The notes under the pieces: generated by a model
Database searches by the model: none
What the model saw: only the letters and a program-made list of their open reading frames with translations
Told to the model about the DNA's origin: nothing
Shown here: positions 50,518-61,878 of the stretch, in pieces
Position numbering within the stretch: position 1 is the first letter of the stretch
Layout: every line of letters begins with the position of its first letter
Program-made: the position numbers and the translations under genes
Assembly: GCA_963719515.1 (NCBI GenBank)
Contig: CAVRCJ010000003.1
Coordinates: 352,001-416,000 of the forward strand
Reading direction: 5' to 3'
DNA: 64,000 nucleotides
DNA from: an uncultured cyanobacterium
GTDB taxonomy: Bacteria > Cyanobacteriota > Cyanobacteriia > CAKZMO01

Positions 50518-51486
50518 TCATGACGACGCATCGCCCCACACCTGCTTCAACACTTTCTCTGGCGGGATGTCCGCCATGTTCTCTGTGTCAGACTTGATGC
50601 CGACGAACTTCTCCTCTTGGGGCAGCAGCAGCGCTGGGTCAGTGGGGCCAAACAGTGCCAGGGTATAGACTTTAAGGGCTACCGCTAGGTGCATAGGGGC
50701 GCTGTCGGTACAGATCATCAAGTTGGCTCCAGCAATCATGGCTGCCAGCTTACCAATATCGCTTGGCTGGGTGACCTTAATGTTGGCAGCGGACTTAAGC
50801 TGAGCTACAAACGCCTCATCTTCTGGCCCTTGCACCACAATAATGGGCAAATCGGGCTGGCGATTCTGGAAGTCCTGAACAATAGCGGCCCACGACTCTA
50901 CCGGGTAGAGCTTATCGATTCCCTTTTCCTGGGCCAGCTGACTAGAGCCCCCGTGGATGATTACGTAACCGCGATCGCCCACCTCAAGGCGAGCCTGCTC
51001 CCTGTCAGCCCAGTCGATGTCGCTCTTGGGCAGGTTGATGCTGGGCAAGGGACAAGGCGTCTGGATATCGAGCCCCTGAAGCAGGTCGTGATACATACAG
51101 GCAGCGTACTGCTCGGTTTTCAGAGGCACCGGGTTGGTGAGGAACCGGCTGCCAAAACTTGTGTCGTAGCCGATCCGAATTGGCGTTCCTGTCAGCCACA
51201 GCAGCAGGCCCACGCTCCAGCGACTCCCCAGAGAAAGGGCTACGTCGTAGTAGCTCTCGCGAATGACCCCTAGCAGGTTGGCCCAGTCAGCGGGGCTGTT
51301 GCGACTCTTGAAGTCGAATGGAATCACAGAATCGACGGACGGGCAGACGCGATAGGCTCCTTTGGCGCGCGGTTCAACGATGACGTCAATCTCCGCGCTG
51401 GGGTAGGTTTGCTTGAGGTCGCTCAGCGTTGGAAAAAAGAGAACTTGGTCGCCAATCCCACCAGGGACAAGAGCCAGTATGCGCAT
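50518..51486 (-). CDS. Glycosyltransferase family 9
   Basis: GGIGDQVL, DSAPMHLAVA, LFGPT. Confidence 0.9.
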   Translation of the reverse strand: MRILALVPGGIGDQVLFFPTLSDLKQTYPSAEIDVIVEPRAKGAYRVCPSVDSVIPFDFKSRNSPADWANLLGVIRESYYDVALSLGSRWSVGLLLWLTGTPIRIGYDTSFGSRFLTNPVPLKTEQYAACMYHDLLQGLDIQTPCPLPSINLPKSDIDWADREQARLEVGDRGYVIIHGGSSQLAQEKGIDKLYPVESWAAIVQDFQNRQPDLPIIVVQGPEDEAFVAQLKSAANIKVTQPSDIGKLAAMIAGANLMICTDSAPMHLAVALKVYTLALFGPTDPALLLPQEEKFVGIKSDTENMADIPPEKVLKQVWGDASS

Positions 51487-51659
51487 GGGTGTTCACCGGG
51501 AGAATCCGCTCTTCATTGTAGTTGAAGGGCTACGGAATCAAAAGAGCACCAAAGAGGAATCTGTAACAGGCAGGTCCAGATACCTCATTACAGGTTTGTC
51601 GACTAATCAAGGGTAGGATACTCACAGCTAAGGAAAAAGCCTTTCTTGAGAGTAAACCT

Positions 51660-52349
51660 GTGCATTTTCTAATTCCTGCCGCAGGCCGAGGTCGACGAAT
51701 GGGCAGCGATCGCAACAAGCTGCTGCTGACCCTGATGGCGCAGCCGGTCATTGCCTGGACGCTGCAGGCCGCAGATCGATGCCCCGACGTCAGCTGGATA
51801 GGAATCATTGGGCAACCTCACGACTGGCCGGATATCAAATCAATTTTGGAGGCGCTGCCCTTGAAGACCCCGGTGGAGCTGATTGACGGGGGGAAAACCC
51901 GTCAGGAGTCAGTGTTCAACGGTCTAGAAGCGCTGCCTGAGGGCGCAACCCACGTGCTGATTCACGATGGGGCCCGGTGCTTAGCGACCCCAGAGCTGTT
52001 TAGCCGCTGCGCCGAGGCGCTCCAAAGCTGCACGGGCCTCATTGCGGCAGTGCCGGTAAAAGATACGATTAAAGCTGTGGTCCCCAACACGCGACAGGTT
52101 GAAAGTACTCCGGAGCGGGCGCGCCTGTGGGCAGCTCAGACCCCTCAAGGCTTTGAGGTCGCGCAGCTGCGGCAGTGCCACCAGCAGGGGCGCGAGCTAG
52201 ACTGGGCGGTGACGGATGACGCGGCGCTGTTTGAGCGCTGTGGTCTACCGGTGCAGATCGTGGAGGGGGAGGAAACGAACCTGAAAATCACAACGCCCAT
52301 GGATCTGGCGATCGCCACGTTTATTTTGCAGAACCGGGATGAGATTTAG
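51660..52349 (+). CDS. ispD: 2-C-methyl-D-erythritol 4-phosphate cytidylyltransferase
   Basis: IPAAGRGRRM, RQESV, IHDGARC, AQTPQGF, VTDD, NLKITTP. Confidence 0.96.
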   Translation: MHFLIPAAGRGRRMGSDRNKLLLTLMAQPVIAWTLQAADRCPDVSWIGIIGQPHDWPDIKSILEALPLKTPVELIDGGKTRQESVFNGLEALPEGATHVLIHDGARCLATPELFSRCAEALQSCTGLIAAVPVKDTIKAVVPNTRQVESTPERARLWAAQTPQGFEVAQLRQCHQQGRELDWAVTDDAALFERCGLPVQIVEGEETNLKITTPMDLAIATFILQNRDEI

Positions 52350-52363
52350 AGGATAGAGACGCG

Positions 52364-52732
52364 ATGCGGATGGCCTGCCGTTGGGAGACTTTTCGAGATT
52401 TGACCACCCCGCCGGGGGCGAGCGGCCGCTCGCTCTTGCGGGCAATTATCCTGTCGGCGGTTGTGGGTATGGGGTTGTTCGGTCCTGTGGCTAGGGCGAT
52501 CGCCCTGCCGCCCCCGGAAGACCTCCCGGAGGAGGTCGCCCGCACCGAGATTATCATTGAGGCGCGATCGCCCGTAGATGGGGAACCTCTAACGGCAGTA
52601 GAATACGTGGAGCTGCAGGCCGAGCTGGCCGAGCGGGAATACCCGGCAGAGGTCAGCTCCGAGCTGCAGCAGCTGATCTTTTTGCTGCGGGTGCGAAGAT
52701 TGATTCGTACCTTTACGCCCTTTTCGTTTTGA
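52364..52732 (+). CDS. Conserved cyanobacterial hypothetical protein
   Basis: ALPPPEDLPEEVARTEII.EARSPVDGEPL after a signal-like segment. Confidence 0.7.
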   Translation: MRMACRWETFRDLTTPPGASGRSLLRAIILSAVVGMGLFGPVARAIALPPPEDLPEEVARTEIIIEARSPVDGEPLTAVEYVELQAELAEREYPAEVSSELQQLIFLLRVRRLIRTFTPFSF

Positions 52733-52764
52733 GGGGCCAGCGAGCTCAGCAGGATCTAGCCAAT

Positions 52765-55311
52765 CTAAGACAATCCCCGCAGCAGCTGCCTAACCTTGTA
52801 GCCCTGCCGGGCGTCGAGGGTCTGTGGAAACTGCAGCTCGGCGATGGCCTGACCGGGGGCGAGGCTGGAGTCTTCAGCGGCTGACACAAGCTGGTTGAGT
52901 TGGGCCACCAGCCGAACCGCATCGGAGGGCTCGGGGGTGACCCCCATCAAAAGCCCCACTGCGGGCTTAGAAGCCTGTAGCGGCATCAGATCGGGGGTTT
53001 GGCCTAGGTCTACCATCAGTCGAACGCGACGCGAGTTCATCTCGACTCCCGTGGCAGGGTAAAACCGCCCATTCCAGTAGATTTGGGCGGGAGCCTGAAT
53101 CTGCCGGAAGATCGGCGTCCGCTTGGAGGGTGCTGGATCTTTAAAGGCTCGCACCAGGCTTGTCGCCATAAACCCAAGAGAGGAGAAGGGGCGATCGCTG
53201 ATGGCCCGCGTCTGGCTGTACCACTCCTCCACATCAGAATACAGGACAAGCACCAGTTGATCAGATTGCTCAGGCGATAGGCCCACAAAGTCAACGCTCA
53301 CCAAAACGCTATCGCCCGTCGGCTGCACCCGCAAAACTTCGGCGTCGAGCCGAACGCTAGCCCCAAAGTCTCCCCGGATCGTGAGCTCGACTAGATCAGG
53401 CAGGTTGGGCCAGCTCTCCAGCTGGATGCGCGCTCCGCTTTCGCTGATGTCAAGGGTGCGCCCCTCCAAGGGGTGCTCGGCGCTACAGACGGTGACCTGC
53501 AGCTGGCGCTGGAGACGGTGCGCCCGGCGCAGCTGTGGCTGCTCAAAGGCCACCAGCATGGCGGCTGACACCATCACTAGATTGAAGATGCACCAGAGGG
53601 CGTTGATAATCACGGCCTGCTGGGACTCAGGGCGGACAATCAGCCAGAAAGGAACGGCGAAGAGCGAGCACACTAACAGCCCCACGAGCACAACGGTGAC
53701 CCGCGAAGACTGAAGGTCAAAGGAGCGCTTAGTGACCGAAATGCCCTTAGCCGTGACGTTAAAGCTCCCTAAGCTGGGGTTGAGAAGCGCCATAAAGGTG
53801 ACAATTCCCGTGCGAAACGCCAGCGCATACTCAAAAATTTCATTCCAGAATGAGAATCGCACCCCCTTTTGGGCGATGTAGTTGGCGTTCATCGCCAAGA
53901 TGATGTGGGGCAAGGCATAGGCCAACGTTTCGACACCCAGACCCCGAATGGGATTGACGCCGCCCAGCAGATAGAGCACCGGGGCGATCGCATACATCAG
54001 GCGAGGAAAGCCGTAGAAAAAGTGGGAGGTCGATGACGTGTAGCACAGCCGCTGGGAGAGCGACAGCTTTCCGTTGAACAAAGGTTTTTCGAGCCGCAAA
54101 ATCTGCGCCATCCCCCTCGCCCAGCGGATTTGCTGGCCAACGTAGGCAGAAAAGGTGTCCGGGGCCAGCCCGGCCACCATGATCTTGTCGTAGTACACCG
54201 TCTCATAGCCCAGCTTATGCAGCCGTAGGGACGTGTGGCAGTCCTCCGTCACCGTCTCCACCGCAATTCCACCGACCTCCAGCAGGTGAGTTTTGCGAAT
54301 CACCGCCGCCGACCCGCAGAAAAAAGTGGCGTTCCAAAAGTCGTTCCCCTTTTGAACTAGTTTGTAAAACAGCTCATTGCCGACTGGAATCCGGCCCTGG
54401 GTGAGCAAGTTGCGCTCGAAGGGATCCGGGTTGTAGAACCAGTGGGGCGTTTGCACCAGGGAAACTTTAGGGTTATGAAAAAAGCCCACCGTGTGCTGCA
54501 GAATTTGCCGACTGGGGATGTGATCACAGTCAAGAATCAACACTAGCTCCCCGGGCGTGCGGGGCAGCGCGGTGTTGATGTTGCCCGCCTTGGCGTGGTC
54601 ATTGTTGGGCCGCGTCAGCATGGCGCACCCCAGCTGATCGCACATGTGCTGCAGCAGGCGGCGGCGCTCAAGATCTTTGCGCCCATCATCGAGCACAAAC
54701 ACCTGCCGCTTGTGGGTCGGGTAGTCCACCGCGAGGGCCGTGAGGGCCGTTTTGCGGACGATGTCGATGTCTTCGTTGTAGGTGGGAATGTAGATATCGA
54801 CGGAGGGCAGCTGCTGCTCGGAGGATTGGGCCAGCGACACGGGCTGGCGATCGCGCATGCGGATGGTTTGGAAGTAGGTGAGCAGCAGCGTCACGATGGC
54901 GTATAGCTCAGCGGCAAACAGCAGCAGCGTAAACAGACTGCTCACCCAAGTAGAAAAGTTGAGGGTGTAGCTGGCGCGGTAGAACAGATACCGCAAGGTG
55001 GTGATGATGCTCAGCCATACCAAAAACAGGTGGAGATATTCACCGGCCCGCCAGTTGGCTTGACGCTGCTCTAGGGTGACCAGTCCCCATCCGAGAGCCA
55101 CGAAGGTAACGGCCACGATGCCCTGCTGCCACACCTTAAGGGGCGTCACAATTAGGGGCACTGACACGAGCAGCGTCAGCAGGACGAGGACAATGAGTAA
55201 CCCTTGGGATCGGCTGGGCAGCAGCGTATCGAGCCAGTGGGGCAGGGAGGCTAGGGCGCGGGTAATCCACGACTGCCGAGAGTTGATAGGGGGTTGAGTT
55301 GAGGGTGTCAT
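52765..55311 (-). CDS. bcsA: Cellulose synthase catalytic subunit with PilZ domain
   Basis: PTYNE, DDG, HAKAGN, DCD, QTPH, FFCGS, TED, QQIRW; PilZ motifs RRAHR and DISESG. Confidence 0.95.
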   Translation of the reverse strand: MTPSTQPPINSRQSWITRALASLPHWLDTLLPSRSQGLLIVLVLLTLLVSVPLIVTPLKVWQQGIVAVTFVALGWGLVTLEQRQANWRAGEYLHLFLVWLSIITTLRYLFYRASYTLNFSTWVSSLFTLLLFAAELYAIVTLLLTYFQTIRMRDRQPVSLAQSSEQQLPSVDIYIPTYNEDIDIVRKTALTALAVDYPTHKRQVFVLDDGRKDLERRRLLQHMCDQLGCAMLTRPNNDHAKAGNINTALPRTPGELVLILDCDHIPSRQILQHTVGFFHNPKVSLVQTPHWFYNPDPFERNLLTQGRIPVGNELFYKLVQKGNDFWNATFFCGSAAVIRKTHLLEVGGIAVETVTEDCHTSLRLHKLGYETVYYDKIMVAGLAPDTFSAYVGQQIRWARGMAQILRLEKPLFNGKLSLSQRLCYTSSTSHFFYGFPRLMYAIAPVLYLLGGVNPIRGLGVETLAYALPHIILAMNANYIAQKGVRFSFWNEIFEYALAFRTGIVTFMALLNPSLGSFNVTAKGISVTKRSFDLQSSRVTVVLVGLLVCSLFAVPFWLIVRPESQQAVIINALWCIFNLVMVSAAMLVAFEQPQLRRAHRLQRQLQVTVCSAEHPLEGRTLDISESGARIQLESWPNLPDLVELTIRGDFGASVRLDAEVLRVQPTGDSVLVSVDFVGLSPEQSDQLVLVLYSDVEEWYSQTRAISDRPFSSLGFMATSLVRAFKDPAPSKRTPIFRQIQAPAQIYWNGRFYPATGVEMNSRRVRLMVDLGQTPDLMPLQASKPAVGLLMGVTPEPSDAVRLVAQLNQLVSAAEDSSLAPGQAIAELQFPQTLDARQGYKVRQLLRGLS

Positions 55312-57868
55312 CTGGCCTCCTGGGAGCGGCTAACGCGGTTCACGTAGAGTTGCGAAATTCCGTACAGCAGCAGCGCTAGCAAAATAATGCCGGTGGGAAT
55401 CAAAAACCAGTACTGCTGTAGGAAGAGCGTCGCCCCTCGCATCGAGCTGACGTCTCGGACCTGCTGGCGCGGACTTTGGTTGAGGGAGGTGAGCCGATAG
55501 GCTCCTGGATCGTAGGGTTGAGGCTCCTCCGCAGTCCGGTTCACCAAGACGGTGTCCCCCTGCAGCTGGAAGAACAGGCTGTCGAAGTTGAGGACATCCT
55601 GCAGCACTTCTAGCCCTGTCTCGGTTTCAGCCGTCAGAGCGATCGCCGTGTGGGTGTCGCCTTCCAGCGAGACGGCCTTGATAATACCGTCGTAGTTGGG
55701 CACGCTTTGAGTCTGGCTCTCTTTCCAGAACCGCGCCGCACCGCTGATGTCCAAACTGCCGTCCTGCAGCACCTTGGCCAAGGGGAAGCGATCGCGACGG
55801 CCAATGCCGACAATGTGGCGGTCACCAATCTCAGCCGAGGGTTGTCCGGTGGTCACGACGAGCTTGACGGCCTCGGCGCTGCTGATTTGCCCTAACCGCT
55901 TCGAGAGCGCCAGCAGCGTATTGAGTTCTGTCACCGTAGGCGCTTCTGGGAGCGCGATCGCCAGCTGCGAGAGGTCCTGCGGGGCGGCCAGCGGAAACCC
56001 TGCCGTCAGCAGTTTCAGGTCGGGCAGCTCGAAGACGGTGTCATGCTTGAGGTCGAAGGTGGTATCACCATGCAGCGTTCCCCACAGCTGACTGTCCGTT
56101 GGCGGTCCGCAGAGTTCTGAGTCTCTGGGGTCGAGGATGAAGTTGACGGTGAGCACCGAGTCAGGGCGAATGAGCGCCGGCGGCAGCTCGACGGTAAAGC
56201 GCTTGCGGCCCCCTTGCCAATCGTCTAGGCGACGAGAGCCTACGGAAACGTCGTTTAGCTTCACCTCGACCGCCGAAGTGCGCGGGTTGACCTGGCGGCT
56301 GTAGCTATAGTCCAGGGTTACGGTGCTGTCCCGCAAGTAAGCCTCCCCTGGCGGGGCCTTGAACGGAATTTGAATGGCGGGAGGCGTCGCCCCCTGCACC
56401 GTGACGTCCTGGAAAGCGTCGCCGCCCTCCATCGTCAGGTCCGCTAGCTGAAAGACTGAATTGCGGGGAAGATATCCCGGCCAGTCGCCCTGGGGGCTAG
56501 CGGCATCGGTCACGCTCGTCACCAGCAGCGTTTGCCCCGTCATCACCTGGCGATCGCCTGGCTGAGTCAACAGCTGCACTGCCTTGGCCACCCCTGCCGC
56601 GTTGTTTCCTGTGGCCACCAGCGCCGGAACTGCGCCATCTTTGACGGTGGTCAAAATCAACAGCCCTGCGTCAGCGGGCAGCGGCGTCTCGTCCTTGTCC
56701 AGAATCTGACCGTCTTTGACGGTAAACGGCAGCGACATTTCCGCCAGCAGCGGCTGATCTTTGGGAGTCCCGATAACGACAAGATGATCGCCCCAGTCTA
56801 AAGCGTCGATCTTATTGACGACCTGGGTAGTAAGGGGATGACGCTCGGCCATGCGGGAGGCTGCTACCTGAAAGCGGCTGACAGCGGTGGACCAATTGTC
56901 GGTGTAAGCTTTCGGCGTAAGATACGTAATGCTGTTGGGGTCGAGGCTGAGAGGATCGATAAAGGGATAGGGAAACTGGCTGAGATCGAGGGCGACAGGC
57001 TGCGACTTGAAGTCGAACAGCAGCTTGGAGTCTGGTAGGATCTCCGTCCAAAGGCCGGGATTAGCGGGGTTTGTGCAGGTCTCCGAGGTATGCTGAACCG
57101 CCACCAGCGACAGGCCGTTGCGCTCCTGAATTAGATTAGTCGGGATATCGAACACGGCCTCAGCAATTTGGCTGTCGGAGCGGTCTAGGGGAACGCTGCC
57201 CAGGCTGGTGTTGTTCACCCGCAGGGTCAGGTGAGAGCGCTCGCCCAGCAGACCAGGAGAATGCTGGTAGCGGACGACTGCCTTGGCCGACTGCAGATTC
57301 CAATGGCGGGGGCGGGTAAACCCCAAACGGGCTTCTGGGTAGACCCCCTGCAGCCGCAGTCGGTTACCGACCACGGGGCTGCGGCTAAACGCCATGACGT
57401 ATTGATACGTTTCGTCTGCCGCCTGGTCTGAGGTCTTTGCCTCGCCAGATTCACTGGGCGGCGACGGAGCGGGCGACGGGGTCGGTGCTGCGGGTGTTGC
57501 CGGTGCTGCAGGCGTTGCCGGTGCTGCGGACCGCGCTGCTGGCTGGGCCGGGGCGGACGGGCCGCTGGACGAGGGGCTGGCTTCGCCGCTGGGCGAGCTG
57601 GGGCCGAACGAGCGGGCGGGCGGGGCCGGTAAACGGGGCGCTGCCGGGGCGCTTCGGGCAGCGTGAACTGCTGAATAACCTGATTCTCTTGCTGCTCCAA
57701 AGAACTACTCTGGGCAACAGACGGCGTAGGCCACATCAGGCTGGCCGCTCCCAAAGCGAGACCGATGACTAAAAGAGGCCAGAATCGGCGGAGGGCCGTT
57801 GGGCGATTGGGAGAAGGGCTTATTAAAGCGCGGCGGCGCTTGGGCCGCTGAAAAAGAAAGGGAAACAT
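55308..57868 (-). CDS. bcsB: Cellulose synthase partner BcsB with Pro/Ala-rich N-terminus; frameshifted at ~57400-57560
   Basis: Signal segment in ORF 57227-57943; BcsB-like domains (C.NP..P.LW, FPYPF, PDL....GFP) and a C-terminal TM helix in ORF 55308-57395; overlaps the bcsA start. Confidence 0.85.
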
Positions 57869-58013
57869 AGACACAGGGAGGTTAGACGACAGGTAATAGG
57901 CCGTGGTGTTGAGAGGTATTGAAGCTGCGAATTTTTTGAACACGGGCGCGATGATGTGCGGGAGGGCTGCGCAAGCAATGCCTGGAAAACAGATAGACCC
58001 TCATACAACCCAA

Positions 58014-59312
58014 CTACGATGGGGCAGGATCTTTTGGCAGCTGCCAATCCAGCGTCTTCAGCTCTGAGACAGGGTATAGGCCCAGCCAAATCAGATTCTG
58101 GGTGTAGTAGGATATCTCCGAGGCCCAGATGCCGCGACTGTAAATCGGCAGCAGCGCCTGATTGAGAATTTGCTCTGCTACCTCGGGAGAAATCTGCTGC
58201 AGAGCGGGGTAGAGCATCCCATACTGAGCGGGCGAGTCGTAATCCACCAGAGCGTCACCCTGAAGACCGATCTCTGCCGGAATTTGTCCCGTAGCCTGCC
58301 ACTGCTCCACTAGAGGCGGCAGCTGTTGCTCTAGATAAGCCGTCGCCCTGGGCTCTTGCGTCAGGGACGCATCGAGAGCCACGCGCCACCACACCCGGTA
58401 GGCGTCAAAGCCGTAGTGGCGGCTTAGCGCCGTGCTGGGGTCGACCGCGCTATAGCGGCCCGTATCGAGGTCTAAGGTGACCCAGTCGCTAGGGAGGCCC
58501 AGGGCCGACACTTCAGCAGACTGGGTCAAAATGTCGTAGCTGCTGTCCACTAGCGCCAGCCAGTCGTGGTCGGGGTCCACCTGAGCAAACAGCCGGAAGG
58601 CGTAGGGCGCGAGGTAGGAGGGGTTGAGATGCACCTGGTTGGGGGTGGGCTGGAAGGCCGCTTTGGGTCCGGGCAGAAAGTAGCGATCGCCGCCAAACCG
58701 CGCCCCTGCCGCTGGCTCAGAGGGCTGTCCGGCGTCAGCGGCGTAGTAATCGGGAACAGCGATGGTTGAGAGCGCCCACAGATCGGCCAGCTTGGCCCTC
58801 GCCAGCTCTAGATACTGAGGCTGGTTCCACCGCCGAGCCGCCAAAATCAGCGCGGTGACCGCGTCGAGGTCGGCGTCGCTGGCAAAGTTGGCGTCGAGAA
58901 TGCCCCACTGCTCGGCGTCATCTTTGCCCCACTGCCAGGCCCACAGCTGGTGAGAATTGCCCCCGCCCGAACGCACCCCCAGGTTGTTTTCAGACCAGGT
59001 GAGCACTACGGAAAAGGTCACCGGATCGTCGGCCATCACGGCCCGGAGCAGCGCGTAGGCCTGCCCCTCAGACACGGTGCGATCGCTGGCTTCCCGGTCA
59101 ATCACCCGCCCATCTGCCTGGATGAACCGCTGCTTGTAGACTTGCCAGCTTTCGTCTATCTGCTGCAGTCGCTTTGTGGTTGAGTCAGCCGCCGGGCCAC
59201 TTGGCGGAGGCGCTTCGGATACCGGCTCTGGAGGCTTGGTCGGCGCTGTGGGGCCGCTACAGCTCATGAGTGCTATGGCAAGTCCAGCGAGCAGGAGTCG
59301 ATCGATAGCCAT
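58014..59312 (-). CDS. bcsZ: GH8 endoglucanase, lipoprotein
   Basis: TVSEGQAYALL, ASDAD, NPSY, FDAYRV; LMSC lipobox. Confidence 0.9.
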   Translation of the reverse strand: MAIDRLLLAGLAIALMSCSGPTAPTKPPEPVSEAPPPSGPAADSTTKRLQQIDESWQVYKQRFIQADGRVIDREASDRTVSEGQAYALLRAVMADDPVTFSVVLTWSENNLGVRSGGGNSHQLWAWQWGKDDAEQWGILDANFASDADLDAVTALILAARRWNQPQYLELARAKLADLWALSTIAVPDYYAADAGQPSEPAAGARFGGDRYFLPGPKAAFQPTPNQVHLNPSYLAPYAFRLFAQVDPDHDWLALVDSSYDILTQSAEVSALGLPSDWVTLDLDTGRYSAVDPSTALSRHYGFDAYRVWWRVALDASLTQEPRATAYLEQQLPPLVEQWQATGQIPAEIGLQGDALVDYDSPAQYGMLYPALQQISPEVAEQILNQALLPIYSRGIWASEISYYTQNLIWLGLYPVSELKTLDWQLPKDPAPS

Positions 59313-59455
59313 CTTGATCTCCTCAAAGAGGTGCAGTTACGGCGAAAAGCGGTCCGGGAGCTTATCCCGGTTCATTGCCCACTGAAGTAGGCTTCAATTT
59401 GACGGCCCGTCTGAAGTGCGGGCCGCACACCACCCATGAGTTACGGATGCGCTGA

Positions 59456-59561
59456 TATGGCAAAGGTCCTGATGCCTTAGAACATTTGCGCGTTCAGTTG
59501 CCGACACAACGTCAGGCTTTCAGCCGATTTTGCTGTCCTAAGCAGCTGAACCAATGCAATA
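59456..59561. repeat. ~105-bp dispersed MITE-like repeat, copy 2
   Basis: Same orientation and closely similar to 34808-34913. Confidence 0.8.
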
Positions 59562-59565
59562 GCGC

Positions 59566-61878
59566 TTAGAACCGCTCCCAAGGTGGCTCAATCCCGCGCT
59601 GCAGTAAGAAGCCCTCGCGAATACGCTGCATCTCAACGGCAACTTCGGGGTCGCTGATTCCCTTGGCGGCCTGCTCCGACTGCCAGTCTTCCAGCTGGCT
59701 CAGGGCCGCTAGTCGCCGACCCTGAGCTGCGCTCAACCCCGCGAGCGATCGCCGGGCGATGCCGTTTCCGGGGTCTAGCTCCAGCGCCTGGTTGTAGGCC
59801 CGCTGCGCGGCGTCATAGCGCTGACGCTCGAACTCGACGCCTCCTAGCGCCAGCAGCGCCCCCAAGTTGTCGGGATTGCGGTCAAGAATCGCGGCGTAGG
59901 CGTTGCTAGCATCGCTCAGATCTCCTAGATCTTGGGCAATTTGACCGCGAACAAAGTAGACGTTGAGGTCGTCTGGGTTCTCAGCAATCAGCTGATCCAC
60001 CATCGATCTGGCGGCATCAGGGTCGCGGCTCGCCACGAGCTGAATCTTGCGAATCTGTACGGGAATATTATCGGCATCGACCTGCAGCAGCTGCTCGTAG
60101 AGCGCTTCGCGAGCTGCGGACGCCGGCAGGACACCGGTCAAGCTATACAGCTCGGGCGGAGCTTCGGAGGCGCTGTGGCGGGAAAGCCACTGAGAGAGCA
60201 CGGCCTCAGCCTCAGCTTCGCTAATCCGGTCGGCCCCGTAGGCCAAGCTGGCGCGTCCCAGCTGCTTCGACTCATCCTGCGGGTTGAGGGCAACGATCTG
60301 GTCGTAGAGGGCGATCGCCTCATCGAACTGCCGCTGCTCCGTCCGCACGGTGGCCAGCCCCTGCAAGGCTCCGGTCATCACAGCTCGCTGCGGTCGCCGG
60401 GCAATAATGGTTTGATAGCCCTGGGCGCTGGCCTCTAGGTCCCCCTGCTGCCGGTCGATGTCGGCCAGCAGCAGCAGGTCCAAAGGTTCATCCTCGCTGC
60501 TGCGAGAATTGGCAAATACGGCCAGAGAGTCCCGAGCGGCGCGGTAGTCTCCCTGCTCCGCTAAGATTTGCGCGGCCCGGTAGTAGAGGAAAGGTTCGTC
60601 GACCTGCCGCGCCAGCTGCTGATAGACCGGCAGCAGCGCCGGGTCGGGGGAGGTGGTCTGCACCAAACTGCGGGCGATCGCCTGCTGCTCACTGCCTTGG
60701 GCGGTGGCAAGCAGCTGCAGAAGCTGAGCAGCCGCTGCCTCACCCGAAATCTGCTGGGTTTGCTGTGCTAGCAGCGTCTGCCGCGCCTGCAGCTCCAAGT
60801 CATCGGGATACTGCTGGCTCAGCTGCTGGTACACTCCTAACGCCACGGTCTGCTGCCCGGAGATACCGCTGAGGGCATCCGCGATTTCCCGCGCCCGGCC
60901 TGCGGTTAGGTTGGCGGGGTCGTTGAGGACGTCGCGGTAAAGGGTGGCGGCAGCCTGCTCATAGGTGGTATCGCCGCTATAGCGAGCGATGTCCATATAG
61001 GCGCGGGACAAAATTAAGCGCGTATCCCCTCGGCTTCTCAGGGGAGCCAGTATTGTCGTTGCTTCACTGAATTGTCCATTGGCGGCGTAGGCCGAGGCCA
61101 ACGCTCCCCGCAGCTGTAGCTGAGTGCTGACCTGCGCCGACTCAGCCCGCAGCGCCTGCTCTAGGCTTGCTACCGCCTGAGCGCTTTGGCCCGTTTCTCG
61201 CAGGGCCAGCCCGTAGGCGATCGCTTCACTGGCGCTGAGGGTCGCGCCGCTGGCTCGATAGCGCTCGAACAGGTCCACGCCAGCGCTGTGGTTGCCGCTG
61301 TAGGTGTAGGCTTGGGCCGCACCGATGAGGGCTTCTGGCGACGGACTCGTCTGCAGAACCTGGGAGTAGTCGGCGATCGCCGCGGCAAACTGACCTTGGT
61401 AGAGATAGAGCAGCGCTCGCTGCTGGCGGGCTTCGGTGCTATTGGCATCTAGCCGCAGGAGCTGGGTTAAGGCGTCAATGCCTTGAGTCTGCCACTCAGG
61501 CCGGTAGCCCCCCAAGATTCCCAGGGCGTAAAGCGCCAGCTGGTTGCTGCCGTCGAGGGCAACAGTGCGTTGATAAGCCTGGAAAGCTTCCGCATCTCGG
61601 CCCGCCCGCCGATAGGCGATTGCCAGCCCCAGCTGGGCATCCACCGACTGAGCATTGGCCCGCAGCGCCCGCTGAAAAATTTCGATGGCCCCATCAACCC
61701 AGCCTCGATTGAGGTAGGTGTAGCCTTGGGCGACCGAGGCAGAGGCCGACTGGGCGCTGACGCCTGCCTGCAGCGCCATGGGAATAATCACAAGTCCGTG
61801 GCTGAGCAAGCCAATGCTGAGCATTGTCCCCCAGAGGGACAATCGCCCTCGCTGTCTCACAGCTGCTGTCCGTTTCAT
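59566..61878 (-). CDS. Secreted TPR-repeat protein (BcsC TPR-like, no beta-barrel)
   Basis: Signal peptide followed by many TPR-like helical repeats; bcs operon context. Confidence 0.85.
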   Translation of the reverse strand: MKRTAAVRQRGRLSLWGTMLSIGLLSHGLVIIPMALQAGVSAQSASASVAQGYTYLNRGWVDGAIEIFQRALRANAQSVDAQLGLAIAYRRAGRDAEAFQAYQRTVALDGSNQLALYALGILGGYRPEWQTQGIDALTQLLRLDANSTEARQQRALLYLYQGQFAAAIADYSQVLQTSPSPEALIGAAQAYTYSGNHSAGVDLFERYRASGATLSASEAIAYGLALRETGQSAQAVASLEQALRAESAQVSTQLQLRGALASAYAANGQFSEATTILAPLRSRGDTRLILSRAYMDIARYSGDTTYEQAAATLYRDVLNDPANLTAGRAREIADALSGISGQQTVALGVYQQLSQQYPDDLELQARQTLLAQQTQQISGEAAAAQLLQLLATAQGSEQQAIARSLVQTTSPDPALLPVYQQLARQVDEPFLYYRAAQILAEQGDYRAARDSLAVFANSRSSEDEPLDLLLLADIDRQQGDLEASAQGYQTIIARRPQRAVMTGALQGLATVRTEQRQFDEAIALYDQIVALNPQDESKQLGRASLAYGADRISEAEAEAVLSQWLSRHSASEAPPELYSLTGVLPASAAREALYEQLLQVDADNIPVQIRKIQLVASRDPDAARSMVDQLIAENPDDLNVYFVRGQIAQDLGDLSDASNAYAAILDRNPDNLGALLALGGVEFERQRYDAAQRAYNQALELDPGNGIARRSLAGLSAAQGRRLAALSQLEDWQSEQAAKGISDPEVAVEMQRIREGFLLQRGIEPPWERF

